From: Eutreptiella sp. 'Long Island Sound 2002'
Lineage: Eukaryota > Protista > Euglenida
NCBI GenBank assembly: GCA_964036045.1
Contig: OZ038379.1
Coordinates: forward strand, 65,472,001 to 65,536,000
Direction: 5' to 3'
DNA length: 64,000 bases
In this document: in pieces, positions 22,966 through 37,400 of the stretch
How positions within the stretch are numbered: the stretch's first letter is position 1
How the letters are laid out: the number at the start of each line of letters is the position of its first letter
Position numbers and translations under genes: made by a program
Notes under the pieces: generated by a model
Seen by the model: the letters and a program-made list of their open reading frames with translations, nothing else
Databases searched by the model: none
What the model was told of the DNA's origin: nothing

Positions 22966-25900
22966 AAGAAGTGATTTGATGGCCTAACGTCCACTGGTCC
23001 ATACAAAAGCATTGCATAGACGTTGGGCCATGAAACGTACATGAAGCTCTTTGGGCGCCGTGCAAGGCGCTCAAAGGTCCAGTTGTGTCACCTTTAGAGG
23101 TGCGGGGTAGTGATGGAGCAATTTGTGGTGAGTTCCCCCCCTGTGTGGAGAGCGGTGTTCTACTGTTTGCTCGAAAAGTTGTTGCCCGAGGACAAGTCAA
23201 ATGCTACATGCGTGTGGCCACTCAGTCGGAAAACATTACTGCAATCAATGGCCAGCCGCGGTTCCATATGCGTTGCATTTGCAGCCGTTGCGGTGCTGAG
23301 TGGTCGGCGTTGCTGGACCCTTGCGACCTTCGTAGAGGTACGGCACTGACCCACCTGCAACTATGGAAGCCTCGACCCTTTTCCAAACAAAAAACAACTT
23401 GCCAAGGAGCGAAGGAAAGAGAACTCAGTGCGATGCGCAATCAATCAAGTAATGGAACTTGTGACTAGAATGTCGCTGGTGGCAAACAGTGCCGAGGACT
23501 CTGCTGCCTCTTATGCTGCTCCCATCTTTGACGTAGGCACGGTGCACTCGCACCCAATGCGTGAAGCTAGGTTGCAGAGGCACATCGTTGTTGATGCAAA
23601 TCTTTCCTCTCACCTAGACCCAGGCAGTTTCGCATGTGACGGTGGCACCACCTCGGCTGTTAGCATTAGTGCGTCTACTAGCAGTGCCAATACCACTAGC
23701 AGCAACCGTGGCCACGACTCCCCGCTTCCCGCCCAGCCACTACCACAAGGTTTCGCCGCCGAGGGATCCTAGGCAAAGGAGCCGTCAAGGTTGAGCCCAT
23801 TGATGTGGGTGAAGCATCATCCAACACACCCCTTGTAACCTTGCTTCACGAAAGTGACCATTACCCAACAAACTACCCCAACCCTTGACCATTGTTGAGC
23901 TCTACCTCAAGACCCCACCCCTTGAGGTTCCTAGTATGGCTGAGGATACCCAAACCGATTGCATCCACCCGGAATCACACTTGGGCAGTGTGAATGTCGG
24001 ATTGCTGCACCTGGGCCACATACCCAAGTGTTCGAAGGTGCCCGACAACCTTTTTTTTTTTGCGGATTTCCAGGCTGTTTTTTTTCAGTTGTTAGGCGTA
24101 TTGTCCGTAATGCATGCCCCGGGCGATTTTTCCCATGGCCCCACAGAAAATCGCTCGGGATTTATCTAGTGTCTGCTCTGGACGGCCCTAGGGATCGGCC
24201 ATTGCGCCCAAGGAGAAACAGTCGGCGAATTCTAAGGTGGTCCCTGAAGCGAAAGACCCTTTTTGTCCCCGGCGATTTGGCGATTCTAAGCAAAGCGATT
24301 TAGCGACATGGAGACCAAATGCCGTGGATAGTATAGTACATAGTGAGACTCATAAGTTAGAGCAGAGCATGGCACTGACGTGATTGGATTTGACATGTCT
24401 TGCAGACTTGTGATTGCCGTAAACATCATCAGAGGTGGCAAGCACCATCCGGACCTCAAGGCCCTTGGCCCGTGTGCTGGGGAGCGGACACCATCGCCTG
24501 CCTTCACACCCCTCTCAGTAGCGTTAGTTCCATTCGTGCTCCACTCACAGCATTGTCCATCTATTCTCGCAAACCTTCTTCTCTCTTTTGTGGCTCATAG
24601 CATACCAGGCCAATTATGTGTAGTGTGTACATGGTACTGCACGGCATGCCCCAAATCAGGTCAGGGTTCCCAGCCTCCTACACCTGTCGTTGTCAGCTTG
24701 ACCTCTGGTTTAGGGTTTGTAACATCGTGTGGTTCTCGTGTGTAGGCACCCTTTACCGCAGTAGGGAGGGCGTTTGTGTTTGGAGGTGGCACATCTGAGT
24801 TGCGGGGAGGAATGCTAAAGCTACGAATGGTTGCATTAAAGTGGTTGATGCAGAGATGTGGCTCGGGCACGTCTGCTGGTGCCAACCACTTGAAACCACA
24901 TAAATCTTACAATTCCTCGTGACAAACAAGGGGGGAAGATCAAATGCAACAATTGATGTTTGCGGTGCCAAAATATGGATGGAAGATGGCAACACGCACA
25001 GGCTTCAAACAGGCCATTGAAGTGCATGGGCAAGAGTTACTGCGTTCGATTGGCACAATTCATGCGCTGGTGGTGCACTTCTCAAGCTGCACCCATATGA
25101 GGCGTTGATTGCAAGAATAGTGAGGGTGCAGCGTCCAGAAGTTGTCTGTCCCTTTCAGCACATGTCTGAGGGTTATAGCGTGGGAACAAAAGTCAAGGTG
25201 TTTTTCAAGGATGGGGATTGTCATAAGGGTAGGTGGCTCATCAATTGCCATCGGTCGCCAGCTTTGCGCCACTCCTGAGTGACGTCTGCTTCACTATCAT
25301 GCCAGTCACTTGACAGCAAAGACGATTGATGATGCCATATGCGAGAGGTTGATGGGCAGAATGGTTAGAATGGTGGGTGCATAGTGCAGAATCTTCATGC
25401 GACACCTCCCTCTCCTCTATCTTTTTCCTAGGTCAGAAGCGGTTAATTGCTCTTCATTTTCATTGACAGGATGCGACTGTATTGCCCCATGAATACAACA
25501 GTGTGCAACACTTGGTTGTTCAACGGAGAATCTCAGGGCTCAATTAGTTGACATCCATTCGGATTTCTTTGGCCGCCCAGGCTGTTTGCTCAGGGTGGTG
25601 GCAAGGGCGTCTGGGTAGGGAGGCAGCAAGTGCAGTGTGCGCACGGTGCCAACGTTGGGTATGTTCAGGGACCATTGGGTCGAGGAACAGTTGATTAGGA
25701 GCCCGTAAACATTGTTGTACCCATTTGCAGTAGGTATCTGGTTTGCACGTGGCAAAGTGGCAGTGTAGAATCTCAACTAGAACATCACCTCTCACTTTGG
25801 AAGCAAAGATGGGTGGGTTCCTGCAACTATTGTGGGCGTTGAGAACTGGATGGTGTTTTTTTTAGCATCCAGTACCAGGTGAATAGTAGGATGGTGCAGC

Positions 25901-26737
25901 ATGACTGTGCCTGCTTTCACCAGTTGGAGTTCTACATCTGCTCAGGGGGCAAACACTGGTAAAGTCTCCCAAGGACAACCCTCTCTAAAAGCCCACACAA
26001 CAGCACCAAACCTTATTTGCTGCGGATTCTCGGCCTCCTCAGTATGGTAGCTGTTAATTCCTGGAGGATTCTGGATGTCTGCTTTTAATTCCTGGAGGAT
26101 TCTAGATGGTTGCTGCATCTTCGCATCCTACGAAGGGAATGGTGGCGACAGATTTGTTGGGGGGTGGGCTGGGGGGTTCAACTGGAATTTTGTGTTGGTT
26201 GACAAGAATGGTGATTTTTCCAGGTGTTGGGTCTGCAGTGGGTGTCCCTGCCACTGAGAATGGTGCAGTCTTCTGCACACAAAGGAATGGATCTCAAAAG
26301 AAGGTGTAGTTGAAGATGGACAGTTTTTATGCTGTGTGAGGGCGAGACTTTGTTTGGCTGCTTTCGTGACGCTAAGAAATAATTTTTGCTGAAATAAATC
26401 ACGTTAGGATAACGAGCAATTGCTGTGTGTGGTCGACTACTGTTCAAGAGGACGGGGGGACAACAGCCCGTTTTACATCGAACCGCAGATCCATCCATGC
26501 AATACATCCTGACCACAGCCCAAACCTTTGCTCTGACCTGCTCTGGTTTTCACAACGGTACATCATTGATGATGAATGTCACCATTTGATTAGCAGCAGG
26601 TTCTTGTCAATGATTTCACGGGGTTTTTTGTGTGTCTGCTGTGCATTGCAACATCCCCTAATTTTACAAAGCAGGTAACAGAGGAACCCCAGTTTCTAGG
26701 CCGATAATATACCAATGAATACGGGGGCTAAGGGGCT

Positions 26738-26766
26738 TTGCCCCATTCTCTCATTCTTTTAAGCAG
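26738..26766 (+). promoter_or_regulatory. Polypyrimidine tract + CAG acceptor (possible spliced-leader addition site)
   Basis: TTGCCCCATTCTCTCATTCTTTTAAGCAG ends 7 nt before the ATG at 26774. Trans-splicing role is inference. Confidence 0.5.
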
Positions 26767-26773
26767 GTTTAGC

Positions 26774-27346
26774 ATGTCAGACGTGTGGACTGAGACGACA
26801 GACATCACAGCAGAGGATCAGGGGTGGATCCAGACGCACAAGACTATGTGCGAGCTTGTCCTGCAACGGCAATTTCCCGTCTTCGTTCTGGTTAAGAACT
26901 GCATAAAGGGCGCTGAGAACTGGGCGACAATCCAAGTCACTGAAGGTGATGACCCTGAGTATGTCAATATTCACCTTGTGGACGGGCGCGTCCTGGGGGG
27001 CGACTACGAGACCAACTGGAAGCCTAAGGAGTGGAAGCCTATGGGGGCCAGTGCGGCGGCTGCGGCAACCGAAGGTGCGGCCGAAGGTGACTACTTTGAG
27101 ACCACGGACTGCACTGCGGAGGACCAAGAATGGATCCAGAGCCACAAGGAGACGTGTGAGGGGATCATGAATCAGACGTTCGCATGCTGGTGGTTGGTCA
27201 AGAAGGGCTCACAGGGTACCACCTGGTACCTCACGGTCCAAATCTGCGAATCCCCCGAGGAATTCGTCAGCGTTACCGTCATCGAGGGGCTCGACGGCGA
27301 AAGTGTGCAGTCGTGCAGCACGGAAGTCAGACAGGAAGGGTGGTAG
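26774..27346 (+). CDS. 190-aa acidic protein with two tandem stefin (type 1 cystatin)-fold-like domains
   Basis: Uninterrupted ORF with GC-rich third positions; internal duplication (ETTDxTAEDQxWIQxHKxxCE...F...LVK...G...W.T.Q) resembling stefin T(A/P)ExQ...FPVF...GTNY...V...FVH pattern. QxVxG motif absent. Confidence 0.8.
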   Translation: MSDVWTETTDITAEDQGWIQTHKTMCELVLQRQFPVFVLVKNCIKGAENWATIQVTEGDDPEYVNIHLVDGRVLGGDYETNWKPKEWKPMGASAAAAATEGAAEGDYFETTDCTAEDQEWIQSHKETCEGIMNQTFACWWLVKKGSQGTTWYLTVQICESPEEFVSVTVIEGLDGESVQSCSTEVRQEGW

Positions 27347-30300
27347 ACCACCTGGAGTGATACTCCCTTCGGACAACGACTGACACTGTACGTCCAAGAT
27401 TTCTCATTTTTGACCTGTGTCGATTGGTCATGGTCATATTGCTGATGTCTCATCCCTCGGCTTCCCCTTGCTGCTCTCCCAGCCTTGGGCCTGCCTCTCC
27501 ATCCGAGCCCTATTCCCCGCTATTCAGCACCAAGTCATCTTCGAATTCCCCTCCCCCCACCCTGCAACCCTGTGTGAGGACCCCATGTAGAAGTAGTTCG
27601 GGTGGGGTGATGGAGAATGGCATATACTCCAGGCAGCCACTTCACACCCGACCAGTCCAGCAGCTGCTGTAAATCAAGAGCTTGTGGAAGTAAAGGAGGC
27701 AGGTGACGACCAGAGCAACGAGCCATTCACTCATCTTTCGCAAAGGCACGGCCACGGCCCAAGCCACACCCAGTGCCCCTTCCGAGACACGTTGCAATAT
27801 CTTGTGAGGTGTTGCTGGCACAAGGGTCAAATGCAACCACCCAACTCCATCCCTCTGGCCCCCGTTGCTTCTGACCCTGTGACCGCCATTCCCTTTACAT
27901 GCACCATCTGTCTTGTGCAGTTGTGTTACACGGTTTAGAGGATTTGTCCATCAGAGCCCATCAGCAGCCAGGCAGGGCGTCCCTCCCCCCGAATTACTCG
28001 GCTTTCATGGCACCGCCCTCCTCCCCCAACTGCAACCATCTCATTTGAGAGCCACTGCCTGATGGCTTTGCAATGCTTCTCGCACACAGAATTTGGAACA
28101 CAATTTCCATGAAATTCCGTCTTTCAGTCTGTGTCACACGTGATGGAACAATTTTGATTCCTGTAACATGGAGTCCATGTCCTGACTATGTTCCTTTGGC
28201 AATGCTGCAGATGTGAAGTTTTTGAGGCCCTGTCATTCATTTAACATCCACCTCGTCCTGCAGACGTACGCACGTGGCTGTGTCACACGTTTGCAAAACT
28301 GGAACAGACGTAAGATTTGTCAGATCAGGTGGCCAAATTGGAAGACCGACCGCCCAGTGAGTTTTTGTATCTGACTTTTGGCTCTGATGCATACTTCTGT
28401 AGGCACAAGTCCGCGGCGAAGCCGGTACATGTAACATGAGATGAATGCTCGGAGGATGCATCCACCGCATGCAGTCCTGTTCCCATCTCATTGCACACAG
28501 CTCGGGCTTCAACGCGGGACATACCTTGTGTTGCAAGGTGACGAAGTGGCCTCAAAAGTATTTGTCACCAAAATCGCCTTCAAGTTTCCTGTGTGATAAT
28601 GGACAGTGCAACAATATGGTCGTCAGCAGCAGGCCGTCGCACCGCTTGCACACGCATTGTTGAAACCGCTTTCCTTGATGTGCCCCGTCTGTTTCTCGTG
28701 CTCTGTTGTGTGTTGTTGCTGGGGTCATCCCCCCCCCCCCCGCGTTTTGTTAATGTTTTCAAAACATGAGCCAATTATTCGGGGCATTGAACTGTTAAAA
28801 AAAAACGGGGGCATTCACAAAATGTATGGTTTGGACATGTGTGTTTCTGTGCTGCGCCAACAACATGTGAATGCTAACAACCGACCTGAGAATGATGGTA
28901 AACCAATGCTCAAAAAGCATTGCTCATCCCAGCAGCTGTCTTTGAAGACATTGTTTAACCAAAGGGCTTTTACCAGGAACACAAACTAAAGTCCTGTGAC
29001 ATGACAGGATTCTGCCAAATGTGTTGTTGCACCATTGTATGAAGTTGCACATTGGGTATTAACTAATTGTGGGTCGATTGTTCAGGCAGCAAAAGTAGTA
29101 TGGCCATCATCACGTCATGGCCTCCTTAGTATGTTAGGTTATTAACCGTATATAACCCAATCGCCCCCCTAACTTCAGGACCTCTGTCGAGATCCTGATT
29201 GCATCGTGCGAAATTGACCTGCTGTGGTGGTGGCGGCTGACCATGGGCACGCTGCCATGGCTATCGCTTCCATGGCCGATCGAAGGACTGCAGATGGTCT
29301 GTGTGGTGGTCCGCAGATCGACCACGCGGACAGGCCACCCATAAAGTGCATGGCTGCGCTCATTGGGCATGTGGCCCAAAGCATTTTTCATAGGAATATT
29401 ACCAGTGTTCGTCTATTGTACCTCCGTGTGGCCAGGCTGGCCTATAGGGCAATGATGGAGGCAAGGTAGGAGGGGGAAGCAGCCATTGTATGCGTTGCGC
29501 CGTTGACCTTCCGCCCCTATTTGAGTACCTTGGACGAAAGCTGGGCTCTGGGGCTTATGTCAGGGTTATGCACATGCTGTGTGTGCACTGTATTTGCTGT
29601 CCGTGCTTTGTAAGATTGCCCCATGGTTGTGTTTGTGAACTTGAGCATCCAGATCTGTTCTATTTCAAACTATTTCTGGTGGACCCTGTTCTAGTTGAAA
29701 CATTTAATATGCAAACCTAAGCCTGCTGTATCTCTGAGTATTAGTCCTGTTGATATCCAAACCTTCGCTTTCCCCCTCAGATGGATGGCTCAGATGGAGG
29801 TCTAGATCTTGACGTCACGTCTGCTACAATATATGATGTCATGAGCGTCCGAATACCTGCATCGTATACAGCATAGGGTTTCCTGAATGTGTGAACATGG
29901 GAGCACAACTGTGGGAAAACAAACTATTTGGTCCATGTATGACATCTACATATGCACATGCAGTGCAAACTGCTACCTCCCGATGATGGTGCGAGGTTGG
30001 GCATGCATTTGTATGCATGGTTGTGGAAGGTGGCAATCATCTGTTGGTAGGCGCACGGTAGTAATGTTACTTGCACTGCGCACATATGAAAAGTTGGGGC
30101 AGAGGGCCGAACATCATGGTGGTGAAAACCTTGCAATTGTGGTGTCTGAATATCGTTGGGCCGTGTTTCCTGCGCCACGAGATTTTCAGCAGGCGTCATC
30201 AAGGTGGATATGGTTCAGGAGTATTTGTTCTTCGCAATCCCAATTGGCAAGTAGATGCTTGGGGTGTTCTGTCGAGTGGGTGATTCTAAGTGATACACCC

Positions 30301-30924
30301 AAGATGAAATGCGAGCAACGACAAATATGGGAGGCATAAGGCCACTCTGGGTGCTCTGGAGACACAAGTGGTAAAGCCACTGTTTTGCCATTGATGACAG
30401 GGGGCATCTGGGATGTACCTTAAGTCAACAGTTGGCCAAGGTTGGGGAGAAAGGGTCAAAAATGACTTAACTGTTACACTTACAGTCTTTGCCTTGCGAT
30501 GTTACCTATCTCAGTATCTCAGTATCTCAGTATACGGACACCGTCCGGTGCTAGTTATTGCATCACAATGGACTATGCAGCATGTGGTGGAGCCTGTGCC
30601 ATGCAACTGCTCGAGATTCCCAAGGACTAACTACTATGACGCTGCAACCCCAGATTGTCAGGCGGGATTCTTCTGAGTGGGTTGTCCAGCATTTGTATCA
30701 CTGCAAAGTGTAAATGGGAACAAGGAACATGAACATATTTATGGTATCCTCCATGTGGGATGGTAAACGTGGCAAGGGGGCAAGGGACTGGTGTGCACTG
30801 CGTCACATGGGGGGCAGCCACCGAGCACATACCTTCATACCAGCTGCTGGTTTCTCACCAGCGAGAAGTAAGAAAGGCAGAGACCTGCACGTCCATGCCA
30901 TTCCCCTTTACTGCTGCCTGCACT

Positions 30925-30945
30925 GTCTTTATGTTTTCTTGACAG
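30925..30945 (+). promoter_or_regulatory. Pyrimidine-rich tract + CAG acceptor upstream of the nucleoredoxin-like ATG
   Basis: GTCTTTATGTTTTCTTGACAG ends 8 nt before ATG 30954. Confidence 0.5.
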
Positions 30946-30953
30946 CCCCCAAA

Positions 30954-31133
30954 ATGTCAGCATTTGTGGAATTGTTTGGCGAGAATCTGCTGTCAGGCTC
31001 TGAGGCCGTCAAGACTGCTGATGCCCTCAATGGCAAAGTGGTTGCAATTTATTTCAGTGCCCATTGGTGTCCTCCTTGTCGTCAATTTACCCCGAAGTTG
31101 GCAGAGTGGTACAAGAAGAGTCTCAAGGAGAAG
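30954..31133 (+). CDS. Nucleoredoxin/tryparedoxin-like thioredoxin, first coding exon (60 aa)
   Basis: [13 protein letters not shown]...[37 protein letters not shown] active site; similarity ends at a phase-0 AAG|GT at 31133/31134. Confidence 0.9.
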
Positions 31134-33849
31134 GTTGCCAAGAGTTGTGTGGGGTCGTGGGGCGGTTCCTAAGATGGGGTAAGAGGGTTTGGGGGGATTG
31201 TGGGTTGTGCGTTGTAGTGCAACACAGGTGTAGCGTAGGGAGGAGAGGCAGAGGGACGGGATTGTCAACAGGACAGAACCTGGGGGGCACAGTTCCACTT
31301 GATAGCTCAGCCCCGGTTTGGGGAGGGCGGGGGACACCCTCCCGCGCTTGGTGATTCACATGTTGGGCCAAATTGTCCTCTGCACCTTCGGCGCAAGTTT
31401 TCACTGGTGTGGCTGATTGTACCCTCCACCTGCCATCATTCCATCTTTTTCTTGTTCTTTTGTTGGGATTCATGTCGCCTTTTTGGCTTTACCGGTTTTC
31501 CAAAATGCTGCGGAACCTCCACTGATGGTTCTTGGGTGAATGCATTTCTGGGCTGGCCCAAGAATGGCTCTCCAACATCACCTTGTTACATCAAGCGCAG
31601 GCGTGGGCACCATATACCACCCTTTTTTACCCTTTTTTGGAGTCATTTGCGAAGCACACCCCAATGGATGATATCAGAGGTCCAGCCCTTTGTACAATCA
31701 TCTTTTTGGCATACACAATGGTCCCCAATGAATTTGTTAATTTTTACCCCTCCACCCCCCCCCCTGTACCCTCCCTCCCTCCCTCCCACTGGTGCTCCAA
31801 AGCACAGGCACAGTCGCTGACATGACACTTCCCACCAGTCAGGTCACCAATGAGAATCGAATTCCCCTGCCCAACGTCCCCAGACACTGACACGGCCTCA
31901 AGCTGCAGTATGGAGGGGTCCTGGTGCGTCATGCTGTTGTTTCAACAATTGTTATCATCACACGCAACATCACACGCCGATGACACACAGCCACACACTG
32001 CATGTTGTATGTTTTGCTAACTTTATGTGTCACCTGTGCCCACTAGGCCTGTAGGCCCAAGAACCAATCACATGCAAGGGGAGGGCGTGGCCGAATGGGG
32101 CCAGCAACTGCAAGTGCCCGCCCGTTGATGACCCCTGACTAGCATAAACACCCCTGGGGGACGTATTGCGCGTTGTGCCCGCGCCGTGCGCTCGCTGTGC
32201 ACAAATTTTGTATAGTACTAAACTCAGACTGCATAGTGGTGCCTAGTATCAATAACAGTGAGCCCAGGGAGTACCGAGTGTAGTCACCATCACTGCCACC
32301 CTCTCCTAGTCAGCCCGGCCGTAGCTCCTCGCATCCCCAAAGGCTAAGCGGCCCAATCCCACGCCATTGCGGCGGTCATATTCACCGTCACGTCAGTGTC
32401 ACAACCATGTGCAGCAAGCTGGCCAGCACCGTCCCGCTCCGCCTCGACCGCCAGCAGTCCATCTCTACGAGCGCAACGGACGTCACATTTGCGGGCAACA
32501 TCAGGGTCGGGGTATTCGCACTCACGGGGCAAATCGCCTTCGCGCTCAACATCAGAGCCCAAGCCCAAAAGAGAGTGCGCTCCGAAGACTATTGCACACT
32601 CCCGTCAGAACGAGAAGGAGCGCAACACTATCGTTCGACCAATTTGCCCGTCTATGGCATTGGAAGATCATTCGAGACATTTGGATGGGTTCCGCCCGTG
32701 ACTGTTGGTTGGGGTGAAACATCAGGTTTTGCTACATTGTGGGGGTGTAGTATGGTCCACAGAGGCAAGAATATTGTCAATGGTAACGAAAATCCCCAAT
32801 TTCTCCTCGTAATGTGCGCGCTGTGCCCGCACTGTGCATGCTTTGCCCGCCCCGTGCGCGCACTGTGCACAAGCGCCCTCCTGAACCCAGTCCAGGTAGA
32901 GCCCGACATGCCTGTCGGCCAGGCACACGGGCGTTCACCTGGCCAAATGTTCGCCACGCTCACAGCACCACTGGCCGAATGTTTGCCACTCACACGGCCC
33001 GACGGGCGGCAGCTAATTTGGAACGGTGGAATAGGCAGGAAGAGACCTTGGCCTTGACCCTAGCCAAGGAGCACATGGAAAGCGGACACAGAGAACATGA
33101 TGCGGCACACTGAACTGACAGCATTGAAGACTATGGCGGTAGGCTCATTTGGGGTTAATTGCGGTGAAGAAAACCTAACTCACCGTGGCCCCTTGTACCC
33201 GGGTGGCAGTTTTTTGGGGGGGGGGTCAGGGGGGGGGTCAAAATTGTTTTGTGTATTGTGGCCATTGTGCTTCGATTTAGCCCTAGGTTCTAAAAAATTT
33301 TTTTATGCAACCCCTAACCAATGGCAGGGATCTGGGGTCCGAACTCCAAGCAGCCCCCCCCCCCCCCCCCAAAAAAAATGGGCCCTTGCCAGTAAGGACT
33401 TACCCATTTTAAGGCTACCATGTTTTGGCTGAAATTTTTCCAATTCAATTTTTTCTGAAACCTTTCCGTCGCATATTGGATGGATTTGGGTGATTATTTG
33501 GTGACAATACGGGTACTCCAGCACCCATGGAACCCCACATAGTGGCCACCAGGCCCATGTTGGCCCTTGAAGGCCTCCACATTGCCGTTTTTTTCTCCAT
33601 TGGGCCCTAGGGGCCATGTAGGAGCAACTCCCCTGGGCCTTTAGGTGGCGGAAAGCATGGGGTCGTGGTGGAGGGCCACCAATGGGATCCTACATGGTGC
33701 CCCCCTTCACTGATTCGTGTGACAGTCCTCACCATGCTTTGGAAGGAAGTGGGAGCTCGACTCCCTCCGTCTCCACGTCTGCGTAGCCACGGCGGTGTTG
33801 CCGTTGGCCTTGGAGGACATAGACTCCGAGGACAAGCAGGACCCCACGG

Positions 33850-34480
33850 AGTTGCCGCCGCTGGCGGACCACGGCGCTAGGAATGTGGCCTTGGGATCGT
33901 CGGTGTACGCCAACGACAACTCAACGGTGGCCTTGTAGGCGCCGGCCCTTCAGTATGGCGCCCGCCATGGACGAATGGCTCCGGGTCACGGATCAGGATG
34001 TCCGCATGGACAAGTCCTGCTCGCTTGTGGTTGTAGGGCGACGGGGGGGTGGGGAGGTGGGGGCACCAGTTTGAGGATAGGCCCCCCCGATGGCAGAATG
34101 CTTCCACCAGCTCGGGTTGGACATGGCCATGGGCGGCTCGCGGCACACGGGGCTGGTACTCAGCTGGCTGTTCGTGGCAGGGTGTAGGGTGCTGTGCCAC
34201 TTGCCCCACTTACTGGTCTTTCGTCGCCGACTGCGGGCAATCAGCACCTTTGTGACTCCTTTGGCGTTACACTGCGAGGCTTTGGCGCCAAGGCGTGACG
34301 GCGATCTCGCCAAGGTGGAGTCCCTCGTCTTCCGGTGCATGTCGGGGGCCAGCCGGCTCTCCCGTGCTAAGTAGATTGTTTTCTCCATCTTGACGCGAAG
34401 CCACCAAACCTTGCCGCTGACGTATGTGTGCTACAAGTGCATCATATGGTTGGCTTCGGGGGCGTTATGCGCGGGCGTGC
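33850..34480 (-). pseudogene. Possible heavily decayed second tyrosine-recombinase remnant
   Basis: Across frames: WWLRVKMEKTIYLARE (Lys-loop-like) and YNHKRAG...HGGRH (HxxR/GRW-like). Weak, frameshifted. Confidence 0.25.
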
Positions 34481-37400
34481 CCCAAGTGTTTGTACTGGCG
34501 ACCTAAGAGTGCCCACCCCAACCGCCGGTGGACAGTTCGATGGGCCATGCACACCGCATGCTCCGATACCTAGGCTGGTACCCAAGGGGCGGCTAGTGGT
34601 GCTGGGACACACCCGGGTAGACAGAGCCGTGCCTTGGGTGCGGGAGCCCATGTGGGCCATGCGGCACCGAGTGCGGGAGCCACTATAGTGCTACGCGGTG
34701 CGCCACCTGGAGGTGCGCCAACTAGCCACCTTTGGGGGGCTTGGAGCTGGCGTGGACGGCTAGTCTTGCGACGCGGCGCTCCGGGTGGCCTCTACCAAGA
34801 AGGAGGCCTTGGTGCCCCGGGGGTTGCTGTCGGGGGCGTTGTGGATCTCGGCACGTTCGCGCGCGCATAGGCTGTGAACGGCCTTGACCGTTCCATTCTA
34901 TGGCGCAGCTCATGAGTATGACTCACGCGTCCTCTAGGACTGCCCGCAATGGCATGGGGCGCGGGGCAGCTCAGCCCCGCGGCTGCTTGCCGTGGGTGCA
35001 ACCTTACCCCAACTCCGTCCCCCTTAGCTTTCGCCGCTGTGCCTCGCACGCATGGAGCTTTTCGATGCTTGCGTCTCGGAAGGCCTTAATAAGGCCCCAG
35101 AGGATGCCTTCCTCTACCAGTAGTACGGCATGTACCCAGCGGTGTGCAAAGCGCATGGTGGCATGCTGCAATGAGCACGACGACTAGGGGTGCCTACTCT
35201 TCCGGTGAGCACCGCAATTGGGGGAGCGCGGACGCTACCCCTTGGTGGACTTTTGTGGCCTTGTGCCGTGCCTGCCACAAGCAACCCCACTCCGCATGCA
35301 GCAGGATATGCCCCTGTTTGGCCGGGATTGGAGCTAGCCTGTTCCGACGATCTTGTATGCTTGGCCGAGGGGCTAGTGTGGCACCCGGACCGGGGGGACG
35401 TTTTCTTGGGCCGAGCTAGCCCTTGACCACAAGACCTTTGTGGGACAGGCGCTCCCCGCCTCATCGCACCACAAGCTGCGGGGGAGACATCTCCCCCGAT
35501 GGGAGCTTGTCCAAGTGCTGTGTCAGGCAGCGCAGCTGGTGCAGTGGCATGTTGCGGTGGGCCATCTTCCTGGGGCGGGGGGGGGGGCAACGACCGGTGC
35601 GCTTTTGTCCACTCGTTGGTTCGGCGCCTTTGTCACGGGTTGGACGCACGCCCCTATTTTGCGGGCGTTGAAGAGATGGAGCACGAAGGCTGACACACAC
35701 GAGGTGGATGAGACTAGGTCTCTCGCATGCTCATCCTTCAATGTGGGCATGAGGTAGTAGCAGATGCCCTGCTTGAGGCAAGTAGGGGAAGTAGCCTGTC
35801 CAGAAGCGCTCCCTCCCCACGTGCCGGAGAGGGGCAGGGGCCCGCAGCCGCCAGAGCCACAGGTTCGGGCAATTGGAGTCCATTGGTGGGGCGTTCCCAT
35901 GGGGAGAGGGGGCACCCGACCTTTGATGGCCCCCTCCCCATGCCCCTCTGACTCTGTGCATAGGCGTATGATTGATAAACGGAGTTGTACCAAGCGTTAC
36001 CGTTGTTTAGGTATCCTGTTGTGTACACAGCAAGTGGTGGGGGTGCCTAGCTGCGCCACAACCTTGGTGTTTATTATCTTGCGCGTTGCGTGTAGCCCCC
36101 AGGTGCCGGCGACCGCCACGTGGTGCGGGCCTGATTGTCGCAACAGTTGCCCCACCGCCTGACGGTACCAGCGGCTGCCTGGTCCTAGCGACTCCTAGCC
36201 CTCACCACCGGTGGCGCACCCCTCACATATTCCACGCATTAGCGTGTATGCAGTCTACTCTATGTAGCGTACTCCAAGAGCTATGGGCGAGCCGTACACG
36301 GTCGCCACCAAGCTTGCCGTCCTTTCGAAGGTGCCCCCCATCACTACCACCTTGATCGCTGCTTTGGTCCATTTTGTCGCAGCTCCGCCGAACGCAAGGG
36401 CAGCACGCGGCCGCTCTCAGAAAGCCACCAGCACCTCATGCCAATCGGGGGTCCTACTAAGCCACGCCTTCGCCGTGTCCAACCCCACATGGGCCGCCAA
36501 GGACATCAAGCTGGCCCACAAAAACATGAACCTCCACACGGCCGGGCGCTTTGGCTCGAGTCTTGCCGAGGCGGTTGCAGTGAAGATTGCCAAGGCGGCT
36601 GCGAAGAGGGCCGCCACCTGCAGTGTGGCACGTGCGCGCGCACCGACAAAGTGGAGGCTAGCGGGCTCCCATCAAGGCGACGGCCTAGGCGTCTCAACCC
36701 CCCTAGCAGGCACCAGGTGCCGCCTATATGACTTCGGCGCCGTGCTAACAAACCCTTGAATTCCTTACGAGGCCCGGTATAGCTGGTGGCCGCCTAAGGG
36801 TGTGAGTAGGTGCTCCCGTTGCCGGTGCAACCCACTGTGGTAGCGTGGCGCCAGCTCCTCCCGTCGGCGTCGGCCATCTAGCCCCTACGGCTGTATAAGG
36901 GTGCGGCACAGGACACACTATGTGAGCGGGGACGGTGCAAATCACACTTGGCCAGTGCACAATGGAAAGGCACTAACTGACTTGTAGCTGCACACGACAC
37001 CGGGTTCCATGAGAGGCGCCCTGGGGCTATAGCCGCCCTGGTAGCACACAGTGACGTGCTTGAATTGACAACCTTGGTGGCTGTGAAGGGTCACGCCGAT
37101 AAGGCGCCCACGCTTGCCTCCCTCACCAAGACCCTTCGCCGCACGTGCAATAGCGTCTTGTGGAGCACCACCGGGGTTTGGTTCATTGAGAGGGCGACCG
37201 GGGCCTCCAAACGGCTGCCACGCATTATTGCCTCCATACTGGGGTGGTAGGAGGTCTTGCACTAAGGAGGGGGCCAATGTGCTCCCCACGCGCTCAGCGC
37301 GAACATTGAGCCGCCGGGTGTTGGCGGCAGTGGACAACCCATCTGGACAGTGGCTGTGAAGTCCCCTTTCCAAAGGCGCCGGGTCGAGGTGCGGGACCAC

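Noticed and set aside
25540-25795. PP...GRPKK as a Mutator post-SWIM motif
   Set aside because: No SWIM or DDE motifs found nearby.
32407-33057. 216-aa ORF with a GC3-rich first third as a host gene or nucleoredoxin exon
   Set aside because: No recognisable domain or splice context; not thioredoxin-like.
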